From: a virus
Taxonomy: Duplodnaviria > Caudoviricetes
Direction: 5' to 3' (one strand)
Length of the DNA stretch: 33,259 nt
Virus record (IMG/VR): IMGVR_UViG_3300025296_000068
Span: 1 to 33,259 of that record
A program made the translations under genes and the position numbers. The notes below the pieces were generated by a model, which made no database searches, had not been told where the DNA came from, and was given only the letters and a program-made list of their open reading frames with translations. Below, piece after piece: positions 25,379 through 33,238 of the stretch (positions within the stretch are counted from its first letter, which is position 1; each line of letters starts with the position of its first letter).

Positions 25379-26300
25379 CTTCTAGCTCGTCATGGCCACA
25401 TAGCGGACACGGCCCCTCGATAGGCTCCTCGAACTCGGCGTCGCAGTGCTGGCACGTCAAATCGTCGTCGTCATGCCATTCTTCCAGAGTAATAATTGTC
25501 TTGTTGGTCCGGTTGTCCGCCCCCGACGTATTCGAGTTCCACTTCACGAACTTCGGCTCCCCGAAGACGCAGTGGTCCGGGCTATCGTCTACTAGGACAC
25601 CCGCGTCTACAAGCCCGTCGAGGAAGGGCTTCATCCCAATAATCAGATTGTCCAGATCAACCTTCTGTTGATTTCGGAACGTATAGGTTACCTTAACCAC
25701 GTCGGGCTTGTGTCGGATAAACTCGGCGCCCTCGATATAGCCCCACCAGTTACCGCTCTCGCGAACCTTCTTCGCCCACCGAGCCTTCTCGTACCTATTC
25801 GCCCGGCTATTCCCCCTTAGCTGCTCAGGAGGCAGGTAGCCTAGCTCAATCGTCGCCGTGAGGGTCCTCTTATCGTCCCGCCCTATACAGTGCGCTTGGC
25901 AACGATGCTTGCGGGTCGGCGAGGTAGCGACAACGTCCATTATTTGCTCCAGGGTCTTTTTGAATCGCTTCTTGAAGGCCGCCCGGACAGCGATCACAAC
26001 CAGCGCCTCGTTCTTGTAGGGCCAGGCCCAAATCTCCTGCGCATAGGCACGGTTCCTGCGGTCGTCGACGAAGAACTCGACGACAATGTGGTACTGGTCG
26101 TCTCGGTAGTGCCACCAGCCACGGCGGAACGTCGACTGATGCGCTCCGCCCTTCTCGTCCTCGCCGCTAAACCAGATACGCCGCGGGTTGAGCGGGCTAT
26201 CGTACGGCTCGTGCCCGCAATAGGCGCAGGTGTAATACTCCCCGTCGTCGTGGAAGAAGTCCCCTCCGCACTTCGGGCATACCCTAGCCATCGTCGTCAT
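25368..26300 (-). CDS. RusA-like Holliday junction resolvase with N- and C-terminal zinc ribbons
   Basis: 'DLDNLIIGMKPFLDGLVDAGVLVDDS' RusA catalytic motif; CPKC/CAYC at the N-terminus and CQHC/CPLC at the C-terminus. Confidence 0.75.
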   Translation of the reverse strand: MTTMARVCPKCGGDFFHDDGEYYTCAYCGHEPYDSPLNPRRIWFSGEDEKGGAHQSTFRRGWWHYRDDQYHIVVEFFVDDRRNRAYAQEIWAWPYKNEALVVIAVRAAFKKRFKKTLEQIMDVVATSPTRKHRCQAHCIGRDDKRTLTATIELGYLPPEQLRGNSRANRYEKARWAKKVRESGNWWGYIEGAEFIRHKPDVVKVTYTFRNQQKVDLDNLIIGMKPFLDGLVDAGVLVDDSPDHCVFGEPKFVKWNSNTSGADNRTNKTIITLEEWHDDDDLTCQHCDAEFEEPIEGPCPLCGHDELEDAE

Positions 26301-26638
26301 AGTGCCACCTCGTAGATTAGCGATCGCCAGACGCGACGCGGATTCTTGTGTGCCGATATCCGGCTAGATAGTCTATATCGGTCGGTGGGCGCTATATAGC
26401 CAAGGGTAGCCGCCCGACGCATCACCGGTCCCATAGCCCTTAACTCGTGGGTTTGAACATCGTCGTCTAGGTGCGGCCATACTTCATCGACGATAAAACT
26501 AGGACTAGCCAACGCAGCGGCTCTTACCGCCTCTAGCGCCGCGTCCTTCCACTCCACGCGAGCGTGAGCCTCTACTTGGGCCATCGCCTCGGTTTTTGCC
26601 TTGGCGGCTGCCTGCGGATCGAATGGAAGTTGCGTCAT
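26297..26638 (-). CDS. Hypothetical phage protein (winged-helix-like)
   Basis: ATGA-coupled at both ends; 'RAMGPVMRRAA..GYI..T...S....H..P.RVWRS' pattern. Confidence 0.75.
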   Translation of the reverse strand: MTQLPFDPQAAAKAKTEAMAQVEAHARVEWKDAALEAVRAAALASPSFIVDEVWPHLDDDVQTHELRAMGPVMRRAATLGYIAPTDRYRLSSRISAHKNPRRVWRSLIYEVAL

Positions 26639-27432
26639 GTCATACAGAACCCGGAGTCGCAAGGCAGCTCTAGCTGCTGAGCCCCCTCGTCCTCTGGAAT
26701 CTTTACGGCCTCCGACAGCGGCTTGCGGTTAGGGTGAACGTACAGGAGATTTCCGGCAGATGCCCGCCGATCCCGGATGTTCGCGTCGACGGCCTCGGCC
26801 ACCTGCCAATCAGGGCCACCCCGACGCTTCATATCCTTCCACACCGGGATGCTCTTATAGGGGCAGAACACACACGACGACTTAACAGGGACGGGCAGGT
26901 GGTTTCTTTCTAGCCACGCCTTGCACTCGGCCCGCGTCATGCGCGCGTCGATAAGCGGGTAGACGTTCTCAATATATTTCACGTCCGAGTCCCGCATCCG
27001 CGTCCACTCGTCGAGGCTAATACCCTGGAGGCTATGGACGGCGCCTGGGGTTGCCTTTATCCCCCGTTCAGTCATGACTTGGCGGAGGTACTGCCGGATT
27101 GGCGCTATCTTCCAGTCATGAGTACACTGTCGCCTAACTTGGCCCCTTGCCCCCGTCTGCGTATCGGTCGTAAAGGCCGGGATTGACACTGCGTTCGCCC
27201 ATTCCTCGCGCACAACGTCAACCCGCCTAGCCGTGACCGTCACCACTTTGACGCCTTGCTCGCCCAGCCAAGGCGCCCACTTCTTAGCATGGGCGTACGT
27301 ACCAGCGTGCTCGTAGGTCGTATCGGCGTGGATGGCGTAGTCCACGGGCTCAAGCTCCCCGAGCGCCGTCATGGCCGCCAGCGTCCAGGACTGGACGCCC
27401 CAGCCGAGCGATATAATACGTAGATTAGCCAT
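26635..27432 (-). CDS. PAPS-reductase-like / adenine nucleotide alpha-hydrolase family protein
   Basis: PP-loop-like 'ISLGWGVQS', 'ADT..E', 'RQCT..WKI.PI', 'GISLDE..RM', 'YPLI', 'KSSCVFCPY'. Confidence 0.8.
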   Translation of the reverse strand: MANLRIISLGWGVQSWTLAAMTALGELEPVDYAIHADTTYEHAGTYAHAKKWAPWLGEQGVKVVTVTARRVDVVREEWANAVSIPAFTTDTQTGARGQVRRQCTHDWKIAPIRQYLRQVMTERGIKATPGAVHSLQGISLDEWTRMRDSDVKYIENVYPLIDARMTRAECKAWLERNHLPVPVKSSCVFCPYKSIPVWKDMKRRGGPDWQVAEAVDANIRDRRASAGNLLYVHPNRKPLSEAVKIPEDEGAQQLELPCDSGFCMT

Positions 27433-27441
27433 CTCGCACCT

Positions 27442-28470
27442 TCATCGGACGACCGCGTAAGTTTGCTGCTTCATCGGTTTATCCGGTGGCCCCTTGATAT
27501 AGGGCGCGATCCAAATCAACCGATGCGCTTTTTCCGAGGGATACCACTGAGCCCGGATGTGGCCACTCACCCACCACTGGTGATTAAAGCCGGAAGCACC
27601 ACCGGTAGCTTGTTGGGCAGCCCCGCTCGGAGTCGGCAGCGCCCGTCTCAGTACGATCGTGCTGTGCGAGGCGTCTTCTTTCCTGACAGCCTCGACACGG
27701 CGGCGGATGGTGCGAGGCAACGGCACCGATGCTTTTTCTATGTACGGCGAGTTGATAAACGCTAGCTTGCGAAGGACTGTTTCAGTCCCTCGAATCATCC
27801 CCCCCGACCGAAAATCGTCGGGATACGTCTGGCCGTATTTGATGGTGCCCCCGACGATTGCGTATCGGTCCTCTGACGGTGCTTGGATATCACTAAGTAT
27901 ATCGAGTTGATCGCCACGGTCCACAAGCAGCATCCAATTCATATCGCCGCCCAGGCTCTCGCCGGTCGCAGCGTTCCGGACGCGGTGCGCCGTTTCAGTC
28001 GACATAAACATGATCGGGTGGGGCATTGCCCGGCCGATCACATGGCGCGGCAGCGGTAGTTCACGCGCCACCGCGTCAATCTCGTTGCTCCAGTAGTATG
28101 TAGCCGCCATCATCAATAGCATCCCGATAGTGGCCCTGACCCATGCGTGAGGCTGCTCAGTGCGCCCACCAAAGATGTCTAACTTTAGCAAACCACTCGT
28201 TTCAGGAAAGGCCAGCATTGCCACAGTGTAAAGCCGCTCCCCCTGAGCCATCCAGGGAGCGGTATGGCGGAAGTCGCGGCCAGTCTGTGTATGTGCCAGA
28301 GCCGATTGGGCGTATTGTTGGAACAGTGGATCGCAGCGTACGCGTTCGGCTAGCCGGTCCAATAGGCGCTGCGTCGCAGCCGTATCGTTCTGTGCAGCTT
28401 CCATAAACCGCTGCATTTCCGGCAGGTCCCGCGCCGCCAAGAGTTGGTCATAGTCCTCGAAACTAACCAT
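27442..28470 (-). CDS. Hypothetical phage protein with C-terminal 'H.WWVSGH.R.QW...WI.PY.KG' motif
   Basis: 342-aa ORF; His/Trp/Arg motif of a recurrent phage family of unknown function (recognised from memory). Confidence 0.75.
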   Translation of the reverse strand: MVSFEDYDQLLAARDLPEMQRFMEAAQNDTAATQRLLDRLAERVRCDPLFQQYAQSALAHTQTGRDFRHTAPWMAQGERLYTVAMLAFPETSGLLKLDIFGGRTEQPHAWVRATIGMLLMMAATYYWSNEIDAVARELPLPRHVIGRAMPHPIMFMSTETAHRVRNAATGESLGGDMNWMLLVDRGDQLDILSDIQAPSEDRYAIVGGTIKYGQTYPDDFRSGGMIRGTETVLRKLAFINSPYIEKASVPLPRTIRRRVEAVRKEDASHSTIVLRRALPTPSGAAQQATGGASGFNHQWWVSGHIRAQWYPSEKAHRLIWIAPYIKGPPDKPMKQQTYAVVR

Positions 28471-28825
28471 GCCGACAGCCCCGCTGAGTGAAGCCTAGGC
28501 TGAACGGGTAGTCAGGGTAAATCGAGTAGTCGTAGTACTCGTACTTCTCATCGCCGATGAACTGCTCGACCGTGCGCCAGTCACCAGTTCCGGTGCCGCC
28601 AACGATAGCCTCGGGGTAGGCCGCTTTCAAGCGGTGAACAACAGGATCACTCCAGCGGAAGATAGACGACCCGTACACAGTGTCGTATCGGGGTTCAAAC
28701 ATACTGGGCGATGGCGTTCGGGCCAGCACCACTTGGTCTCCACGGTTCCGGTGCCAATGGGCGAGTTTCATCAGAGCCAGGTTAGGCAACTTGCCGTCGA
28801 TATGGACCAGCCTTACGGTCTTCAC
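28463..28825 (-). pseudogene. N-terminal fragment of a phage radical-SAM protein
   Basis: 'LVHIDGKLPNLALMKL..WH...GD.V', 'VYGSSIF', 'GGTG', 'DYSIYP', 'GFTQRGC' and then a stop, so the CxxxCxxC motif is cut after its first Cys. Confidence 0.75.
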
Positions 28826-28896
28826 GTACGTTTCAACCTGTAATCCTCCGCCTCGCACCAGATCACCCGCACGAACTCGGGATTGGTCCGGTCGAA
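28822..28896 (-). pseudogene. Orphan remnant of a DnaC-like gene 3' end
   Basis: Reads FDRTNPEFVRVIWCEAEDYRLKRT* versus FDRSSGIVRVIWCVAEDYRLKVPA* of 30388..31209; 28832-28874 matches 30401-30443 at 37/43 nt. Confidence 0.8.
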
Positions 28897-28999
28897 TGCC
28901 AGCAGCGCCGGGGTGGTCTTCGCGAAAGAGATAATCACCGAGTCGCCTTCGATCCCGGAACGTCATTCGTCGACATTGCTTACCTCCTGCTGTGTTTGG

Positions 29000-30391
29000 T
29001 TAAATCCCCAACGGTAGCGACACTTGGGCCAGCCTCTTTTCAGCCAGCGCCAGGTAGTCAGCATTGAGGTCAACGCCGATGGCTCGACGCCCGAGCTTCT
29101 GAGCCACGACACAGGTGGTGCCGGAGCCTGCGAAGGGGTCGAGCACTGTGGCACTTATCGGGGCTCGGTCGTGGTCGCAGGTGGGCCGCCAGCCGAGAGT
29201 CTGATCCGGATGTTCTGCCTTCCACCGGGCTTGTTCCTGCCCACTTAAGCGCGAAGCACGGAATCCCATATTGCCAGCACCGACATTTCCAGCTTGGCCG
29301 CGTTCAAGCCGCTTCGGTGGATTGCGGTGATTTGGTTCTGTTTGCGCTTTCCCTTTCTCAACGACCCGCTCCCACGGCGCGCCGCACTCGGGGCAGACGC
29401 CATGCTCCGACGTGCCGGCCAGGATGCACGGCTCGACCAGCGCCTCTGGAAATGTAGCGAAATGTGCCTCGGGGTAGGGCTGCGTGGCGACCTCCCACAC
29501 CGACCGCTTGTTGCGGCCACTCACGAGGGTGTCATGCTTTGCAAATCCTGCTGCTGTCCGTCTATCGTTGGTAGGCGTAGCGCCATCGAGGTTCTTCGCA
29601 TCGTGGCCAGACGCCCTAACTAAGCGGCCCTCGTGAATGGCGCTCTCCCGAACCGCGTCGGCGTCGTAGTAGTACCGTTCAGCCTTCGTCAACAGGAAAA
29701 GGTACTCGTGGCTCCGGGTCGGGCGATCGGTCACGCTCTCGGGCATGGGGTTGGGCTTCGACCACACGACGTCGCTGCGCACCCACCAGCCATCAGCTTG
29801 GAGCGCGAGCGCCACGCGGGCAGGCATCATGCAAAGGTCTTTGTCCTTCAAGCATCCAGACAAACGATCCACCCGTTCCGCAAGGGCTGGGGATGTATTC
29901 CCAATGATGTTGCGCCTAGAGGTAGACCAGGCCGAGGCATAGGAATCGCCGATGTTCAGCCAGCACGTCCCGTCCTTCCGCAGCACACGCCAGAGCTTGC
30001 GGAACACCTCGACCATGTGCTCGACGTAGAGGTCGATGGTCGGCTCCAGGCCAAGGGTGCCACGCCAAGCGCCGCAGGGGCAGCAGGACCTAGACGAGGC
30101 TGACCGTAGCGGCTCTCGCTTCGCATCGACCCCACCAGGCTGTAGTTCACCACGACCGTTGACACCCTGTGCCCAGTTGCCCTTGCCTATTTCAGTGGCG
30201 ACCGTTTCGTTCTCCCACTCGTGCTCGTGGTCGTCGCCGCCCCAAACGCTCGGTTCCAGCCCGTAGTCCCTCAAGCCCCAGTAAGGCGGGCTCGTCACGA
30301 TGCAGTGCACCGACTCGTCGGGGACCCCGCTCAGGTCGCGGGCGTCGCCCTGGTAGAGCCGCACCACGCCGTTGTCGTAGGTTGGGGTCAT
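29000..30391 (-). CDS. Beta-class DNA methyltransferase (N4-cytosine/N6-adenine)
   Basis: 'CIVTSPPYWGLRDY', 'WSKPNPMPESVTDRP', 'HFATFP', 'LDPFAGSGTT'; ATG 30391 in ATGA overlap with the DnaC-like stop. Confidence 0.93.
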   Translation of the reverse strand: MTPTYDNGVVRLYQGDARDLSGVPDESVHCIVTSPPYWGLRDYGLEPSVWGGDDHEHEWENETVATEIGKGNWAQGVNGRGELQPGGVDAKREPLRSASSRSCCPCGAWRGTLGLEPTIDLYVEHMVEVFRKLWRVLRKDGTCWLNIGDSYASAWSTSRRNIIGNTSPALAERVDRLSGCLKDKDLCMMPARVALALQADGWWVRSDVVWSKPNPMPESVTDRPTRSHEYLFLLTKAERYYYDADAVRESAIHEGRLVRASGHDAKNLDGATPTNDRRTAAGFAKHDTLVSGRNKRSVWEVATQPYPEAHFATFPEALVEPCILAGTSEHGVCPECGAPWERVVEKGKAQTEPNHRNPPKRLERGQAGNVGAGNMGFRASRLSGQEQARWKAEHPDQTLGWRPTCDHDRAPISATVLDPFAGSGTTCVVAQKLGRRAIGVDLNADYLALAEKRLAQVSLPLGI

Positions 30392-31209
30392 GCTGGCACC
30401 TTCAGCCGGTAGTCTTCCGCCACGCACCAGATCACCCGGACGATCCCCGAGGAGCGATCGAACAACCGCGACGCGAGCCGGTGGCCCCACTTCTCGGCCA
30501 ACTGGTCCGGGGTGGTCCCGTTGGTGGCCGCGATCATGTACGACCCGTCCGCGTAGCGATGGTCGACGATGTCCGTCAGGTAGTCGACGCCCCACGGGGT
30601 GACGTTTGAGTCAACGCCTATCTCGTCCAACGCGAGCAGGTGAACGGATCGCAGAAAGTCCATTAGCTCGGTAACGCCTTCGCCCGAACCTACGGCCGCC
30701 CGGAGCCGGTCTAGGAGGTCTAACGCGTTCGTGTAGTAGACCGAGTGCCCCGCCGTAAGGACGGTGCGGCAGAGCGCCTCTAGCATGTGGGACTTGCCCG
30801 CACCCGTAATCCCCGAGAGCAGGAGGTGACGCGGCCCAGCGCCCTTGCTTAGCGCGACCACGGCGCCGAACATCTCCCGCGTATCGGTTGTGGGCTTGAA
30901 GTTGTCGAAGGTCCGAGGACCGACCGGATCATTGCGGATCGGAAGGTGAGCCGCTATGAGGTTTTGCTGATCCTGCGCTTCGCGCTGTAGCACCGCCTGA
31001 TCCATTCCGCACATATACGGGGAAAGTCCGGCCGCCGACCCGTTAGCTAGGGCTGGCCGATGCTCCTTGGCCCACTCGACGAAGCTGGCGATCCTATCCG
31101 CCCGAAGACCGCCGCCAGCGCCACACTTGAAGCAATCCTCCCGGGGAGTACAGAAGAACTCGTCAGGGACTGGCGTCCTAGGGGTCGTATCGAATACGAG
31201 CGGGTTCAT
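30388..31209 (-). CDS. DnaC/IstB-like AAA+ helicase loader
   Basis: 'TFDNF', Walker A 'GITGAGKSH', Walker B 'LLALDEIG', 'IVDHRY', 'ATN', 'RLASRL'; follows the replication initiator. Confidence 0.92.
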   Translation of the reverse strand: MNPLVFDTTPRTPVPDEFFCTPREDCFKCGAGGGLRADRIASFVEWAKEHRPALANGSAAGLSPYMCGMDQAVLQREAQDQQNLIAAHLPIRNDPVGPRTFDNFKPTTDTREMFGAVVALSKGAGPRHLLLSGITGAGKSHMLEALCRTVLTAGHSVYYTNALDLLDRLRAAVGSGEGVTELMDFLRSVHLLALDEIGVDSNVTPWGVDYLTDIVDHRYADGSYMIAATNGTTPDQLAEKWGHRLASRLFDRSSGIVRVIWCVAEDYRLKVPA

Positions 31210-31949
31210 CCGTGCGCCTCCTTCGCGGCCCGGACAGCGGCCCGTCGATCGTCCTCGCTCTGCGGGCCTGACTGTAGCCCAGCTAGACGCTTACTCTCCG
31301 ACGTTGTGCACCAGCGCATAAAGAAGCCCTTTACGCCCTTCGGCTTCCGGCTAGGCGCTGCGTTCTCGATCCACTCTAGGGCTGCCTCAGCCTCTAGCGA
31401 CAGGTTGAGGAGAGGATACGCCTCCTCCATCTTCGCAACCCACCCGTTCTGGAGAGCAGCAGCGTCGAACTTCTCGTGGGCAGATAACCGGTTAGCCCAG
31501 TCGGGCACCCCTTCTAGTAGTAATAGTTCGTTGTTAGTTCCTTTGTTAGTTACGGGTGACGCGTCAGTGCGCCCCTCGGGTAACGCATCAGTGCGTCTCC
31601 CCCTAACGCGTGGGCGCGTCACCCCCTGACGCGTAGATGCGTTACCCCCTGTCGCGTGTACGCGACTCTCCTGGGCCTCGGTAAGGCCGGGTAGCGATAG
31701 GACGAAGACGTTCGAGGTCTGCCGCCCGCCCTCGAAACGGTTGGCTACCCTTAGTAGCCCGTCGTTCTTCATGGCGTCGACGTGACGCCATACCTGACTC
31801 CTCGAAAGCCCGCAGAGGTGCCCGAGGTCCCTGGCGCTCGGCCAGCAGACCCCTACCTCGTCGGCACGGTTGGCAAGAGCTAGGAGGACGAACTTCCTGG
31901 CTGCTGGCAATTCCTGATCCCAGGCCCACGCTGTAGCTTGCGCCGACAT
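31206..31949 (-). CDS. Phage replication initiator (N-terminal HTH, lambda O-like organisation)
   Basis: 'MSAQATAWAW...KFVLLALANRADE.G.CWPS...L...CGLSRSQV' HTH; low-complexity linker that coincides with iterons; TAATG coupling. Confidence 0.88.
   Translation of the reverse strand: MSAQATAWAWDQELPAARKFVLLALANRADEVGVCWPSARDLGHLCGLSRSQVWRHVDAMKNDGLLRVANRFEGGRQTSNVFVLSLPGLTEAQESRVHATGGNASTRQGVTRPRVRGRRTDALPEGRTDASPVTNKGTNNELLLLEGVPDWANRLSAHEKFDAAALQNGWVAKMEEAYPLLNLSLEAEAALEWIENAAPSRKPKGVKGFFMRWCTTSESKRLAGLQSGPQSEDDRRAAVRAAKEAHG
31513..31665. other. Putative replication origin: five palindromic iterons plus AT-rich tract
   Basis: WCGCR-N4-YGCGH units at 31559, 31583, 31606, 31629, 31652, adjacent to AT-rich 31513-31552, inside the initiator gene. 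Confidence 0.75.
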
Positions 31950-32527
31950 TACAAGCCTAACTCCTCGGCCGGGGTAGGCTCCTGGCTGATCCACCGATAG
32001 ATGGCCTCGGCCGTCGCCAGGAGGTCTTCATTTAAGCGCACGTCCTTCGCGCCGCCGCCGATGCTGTAGTAGGCTATCGCCTTGTCGACGGCCCCCTGGC
32101 GCTCGATACTCCGCCGTTTAGAGGGGTGATCCGGCTTCATCGTGTCCTCGGGTATCCGAGGAGCCGAAACGTCGGGCTGGGGGCCTGTTGGGGCCTCCTG
32201 GTGGCCGTGCCCAGCGTTGAGCTTAACGAGGTTCCAGTGGCCGTGCCCAGCGTTGAGCTTAACGAGGTTCCACTGGTAATGGTTGTCGTACTGCCCGTCC
32301 TTGTCCTGCTTGAGCTTGCCCCGCTCGATGATCGAGGTGAAGGTCTGCCGGGGCGGCGCGCCCTTATCCGGGTTGCGGGGAATCCACATCTTCGACGGGT
32401 AGTTAGATATGGACGGAATCTTGACCGATAGCTCCCACTGCGGCTCGTACGGCTCCCGCTTGGATTCCGTCTCGGCCGCGCTCAGAACCTCTAGCTCGAC
32501 GGTTCGACGTACCGGGTCTTCCGCCAT
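31949..32527 (-). CDS. Hypothetical replication/recombination protein (possibly ssDNA-binding)
   Basis: Beta-rich N-domain, Pro-rich linker, C-terminal 'SIERQGAVDKAI...AEAIYRWI' helices; GGAG RBS. Function is a guess. Confidence 0.7.
   Translation of the reverse strand: MAEDPVRRTVELEVLSAAETESKREPYEPQWELSVKIPSISNYPSKMWIPRNPDKGAPPRQTFTSIIERGKLKQDKDGQYDNHYQWNLVKLNAGHGHWNLVKLNAGHGHQEAPTGPQPDVSAPRIPEDTMKPDHPSKRRSIERQGAVDKAIAYYSIGGGAKDVRLNEDLLATAEAIYRWISQEPTPAEELGL
32201..32272. repeat. Exact 36-bp in-frame tandem duplication
   Basis: GTGGCCGTGCCCAGCGTTGAGCTTAACGAGGTTCCA x2 (WNLVKLNAGHGH x2). Confidence 0.95.
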
Positions 32528-32529
32528 GA

Positions 32530-32742
32530 TTAACTCCCTCCGTTCCTCTCGATGATTGCTCGTAGCTCCTCTGCCGTCTTCCCGAGAGCCGTCGCGACCT
32601 TAGTAACCGTCGTAGGGTGAGGCCCATAGGGACGACGGTGCCGCTGGTCAAGTCGGACAATAGTCGAAAGAGACACGTCGGCTGCCCTTGCTAAAGACTC
32701 CTGGCTATAATTGGCGAGTTGCCGAGCGCGCCGGAAAGTCAC
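32530..32742 (-). CDS. XRE-family HTH regulator
   Basis: 'FRRARQLANYSQESLARAADVSLSTIVRLD...KVATALG'; GTGA coupling. Confidence 0.88.
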   Translation of the reverse strand: MTFRRARQLANYSQESLARAADVSLSTIVRLDQRHRRPYGPHPTTVTKVATALGKTAEELRAIIERNGGS

Positions 32743-32948
32743 GCCACCGTCTCCGCCATCAACTGAGTGCGGAGGTCCCCCGCTTCGATCCCCAGGTGCG
32801 GTGCCAGCGCCTTCGCGGTACGGAAACGCATCTGGTGACGCCGCCCGTTCTCGTAGGAAGCGATGGCTTGGATGCTGATACCGCTCAAGGCCGACAACTC
32901 AGCCTGGGTTAGTAGTTTGGCTTCTCGGAGTCCCTTGAGAATACTCAT
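32739..32948 (-). CDS. XRE-family HTH regulator (Cro/repressor-like), probably leaderless
   Basis: 'LKGLREAKLLTQAELSALSGISIQAIASYENG...KALA..LG'. Confidence 0.9.
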   Translation of the reverse strand: MSILKGLREAKLLTQAELSALSGISIQAIASYENGRRHQMRFRTAKALAPHLGIEAGDLRTQLMAETVA

Positions 32949-32955
32949 ACTCGGA

Positions 32956-32985
32956 AGTATAAACGGCCTTGCATTGCCTCGTCAA
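32956..32985 (-). promoter_or_regulatory. Leftward sigma70-type promoter
   Basis: TTGACG (32980-32985), 18-nt spacer, TATACT (32956-32961); ATG lies 7 nt past the -10 box. Confidence 0.75.
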
Positions 32986-33000
32986 TACCCTCCGCAGGGG

Positions 33001-33029
33001 TTGACAAGTGGGATTCTATGCCTGACAAT
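33001..33029 (+). promoter_or_regulatory. Rightward sigma70-type promoter
   Basis: TTGACA (33001-33006), 17-nt spacer, GACAAT (33024-33029). Confidence 0.65.
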
Positions 33030-33167
33030 GCCTTTACAATCAGGAGGTAGCTAGAGAGTACGAACAACAAACGGTGGTGACGACAACCAACCCAAACCAA
33101 GCCCGGCAGGCGGTGCAAGGGGGGAGCTTCGAGAGCGGCGAACCCGGACCCGGCGACGAGGCGGCAA

Positions 33168-33225
33168 AGGTTCAGGGGATGAAAGGGCCACCCCTGCTGA
33201 CGAGGCCCCAGCCGGGCCGAAACCT
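33168..33225 (+). ncRNA. Type III hammerhead ribozyme
   Basis: Stem III AGGU/ACCU, cleavage triplet GUU (33170-33172), stem I CAGGGG/CCCCUG, core CUGACGA (33197-33203), stem II GGCCC/GGGCC, GAAA (33219-33222). Confidence 0.88.
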
Positions 33226-33238
33226 AGAGGAGACGACG

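Noticed and set aside
28832-30443. DGR TR/VR pair or att sites for the 43-nt imperfect repeat
   Set aside because: Mismatches are mostly synonymous and not adenine-restricted; no RT or recombinase nearby. A divergent paralogous remnant fits better.
30392-30595. N-terminal extension of the MTase in the ORF track
   Set aside because: Overlaps the DnaC-like gene; ATG 30391 gives clean ATGA coupling.
30388-31209. IS21 element (IstB ATPase)
   Set aside because: No IstA transposase or terminal repeats; the gene follows a phage initiator, so it is best read as a helicase loader.
33042-33047. AGGAGG suggesting a gene start
   Set aside because: No ATG/GTG/TTG at usable spacing; possibly a decayed gene start.
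33090-33165. Second ribozyme (twister-like AAGCCCGG or HDV-like GGCGAA) upstream of the hammerhead
   Set aside because: The required partner strands and pseudoknots could not be built by eye.
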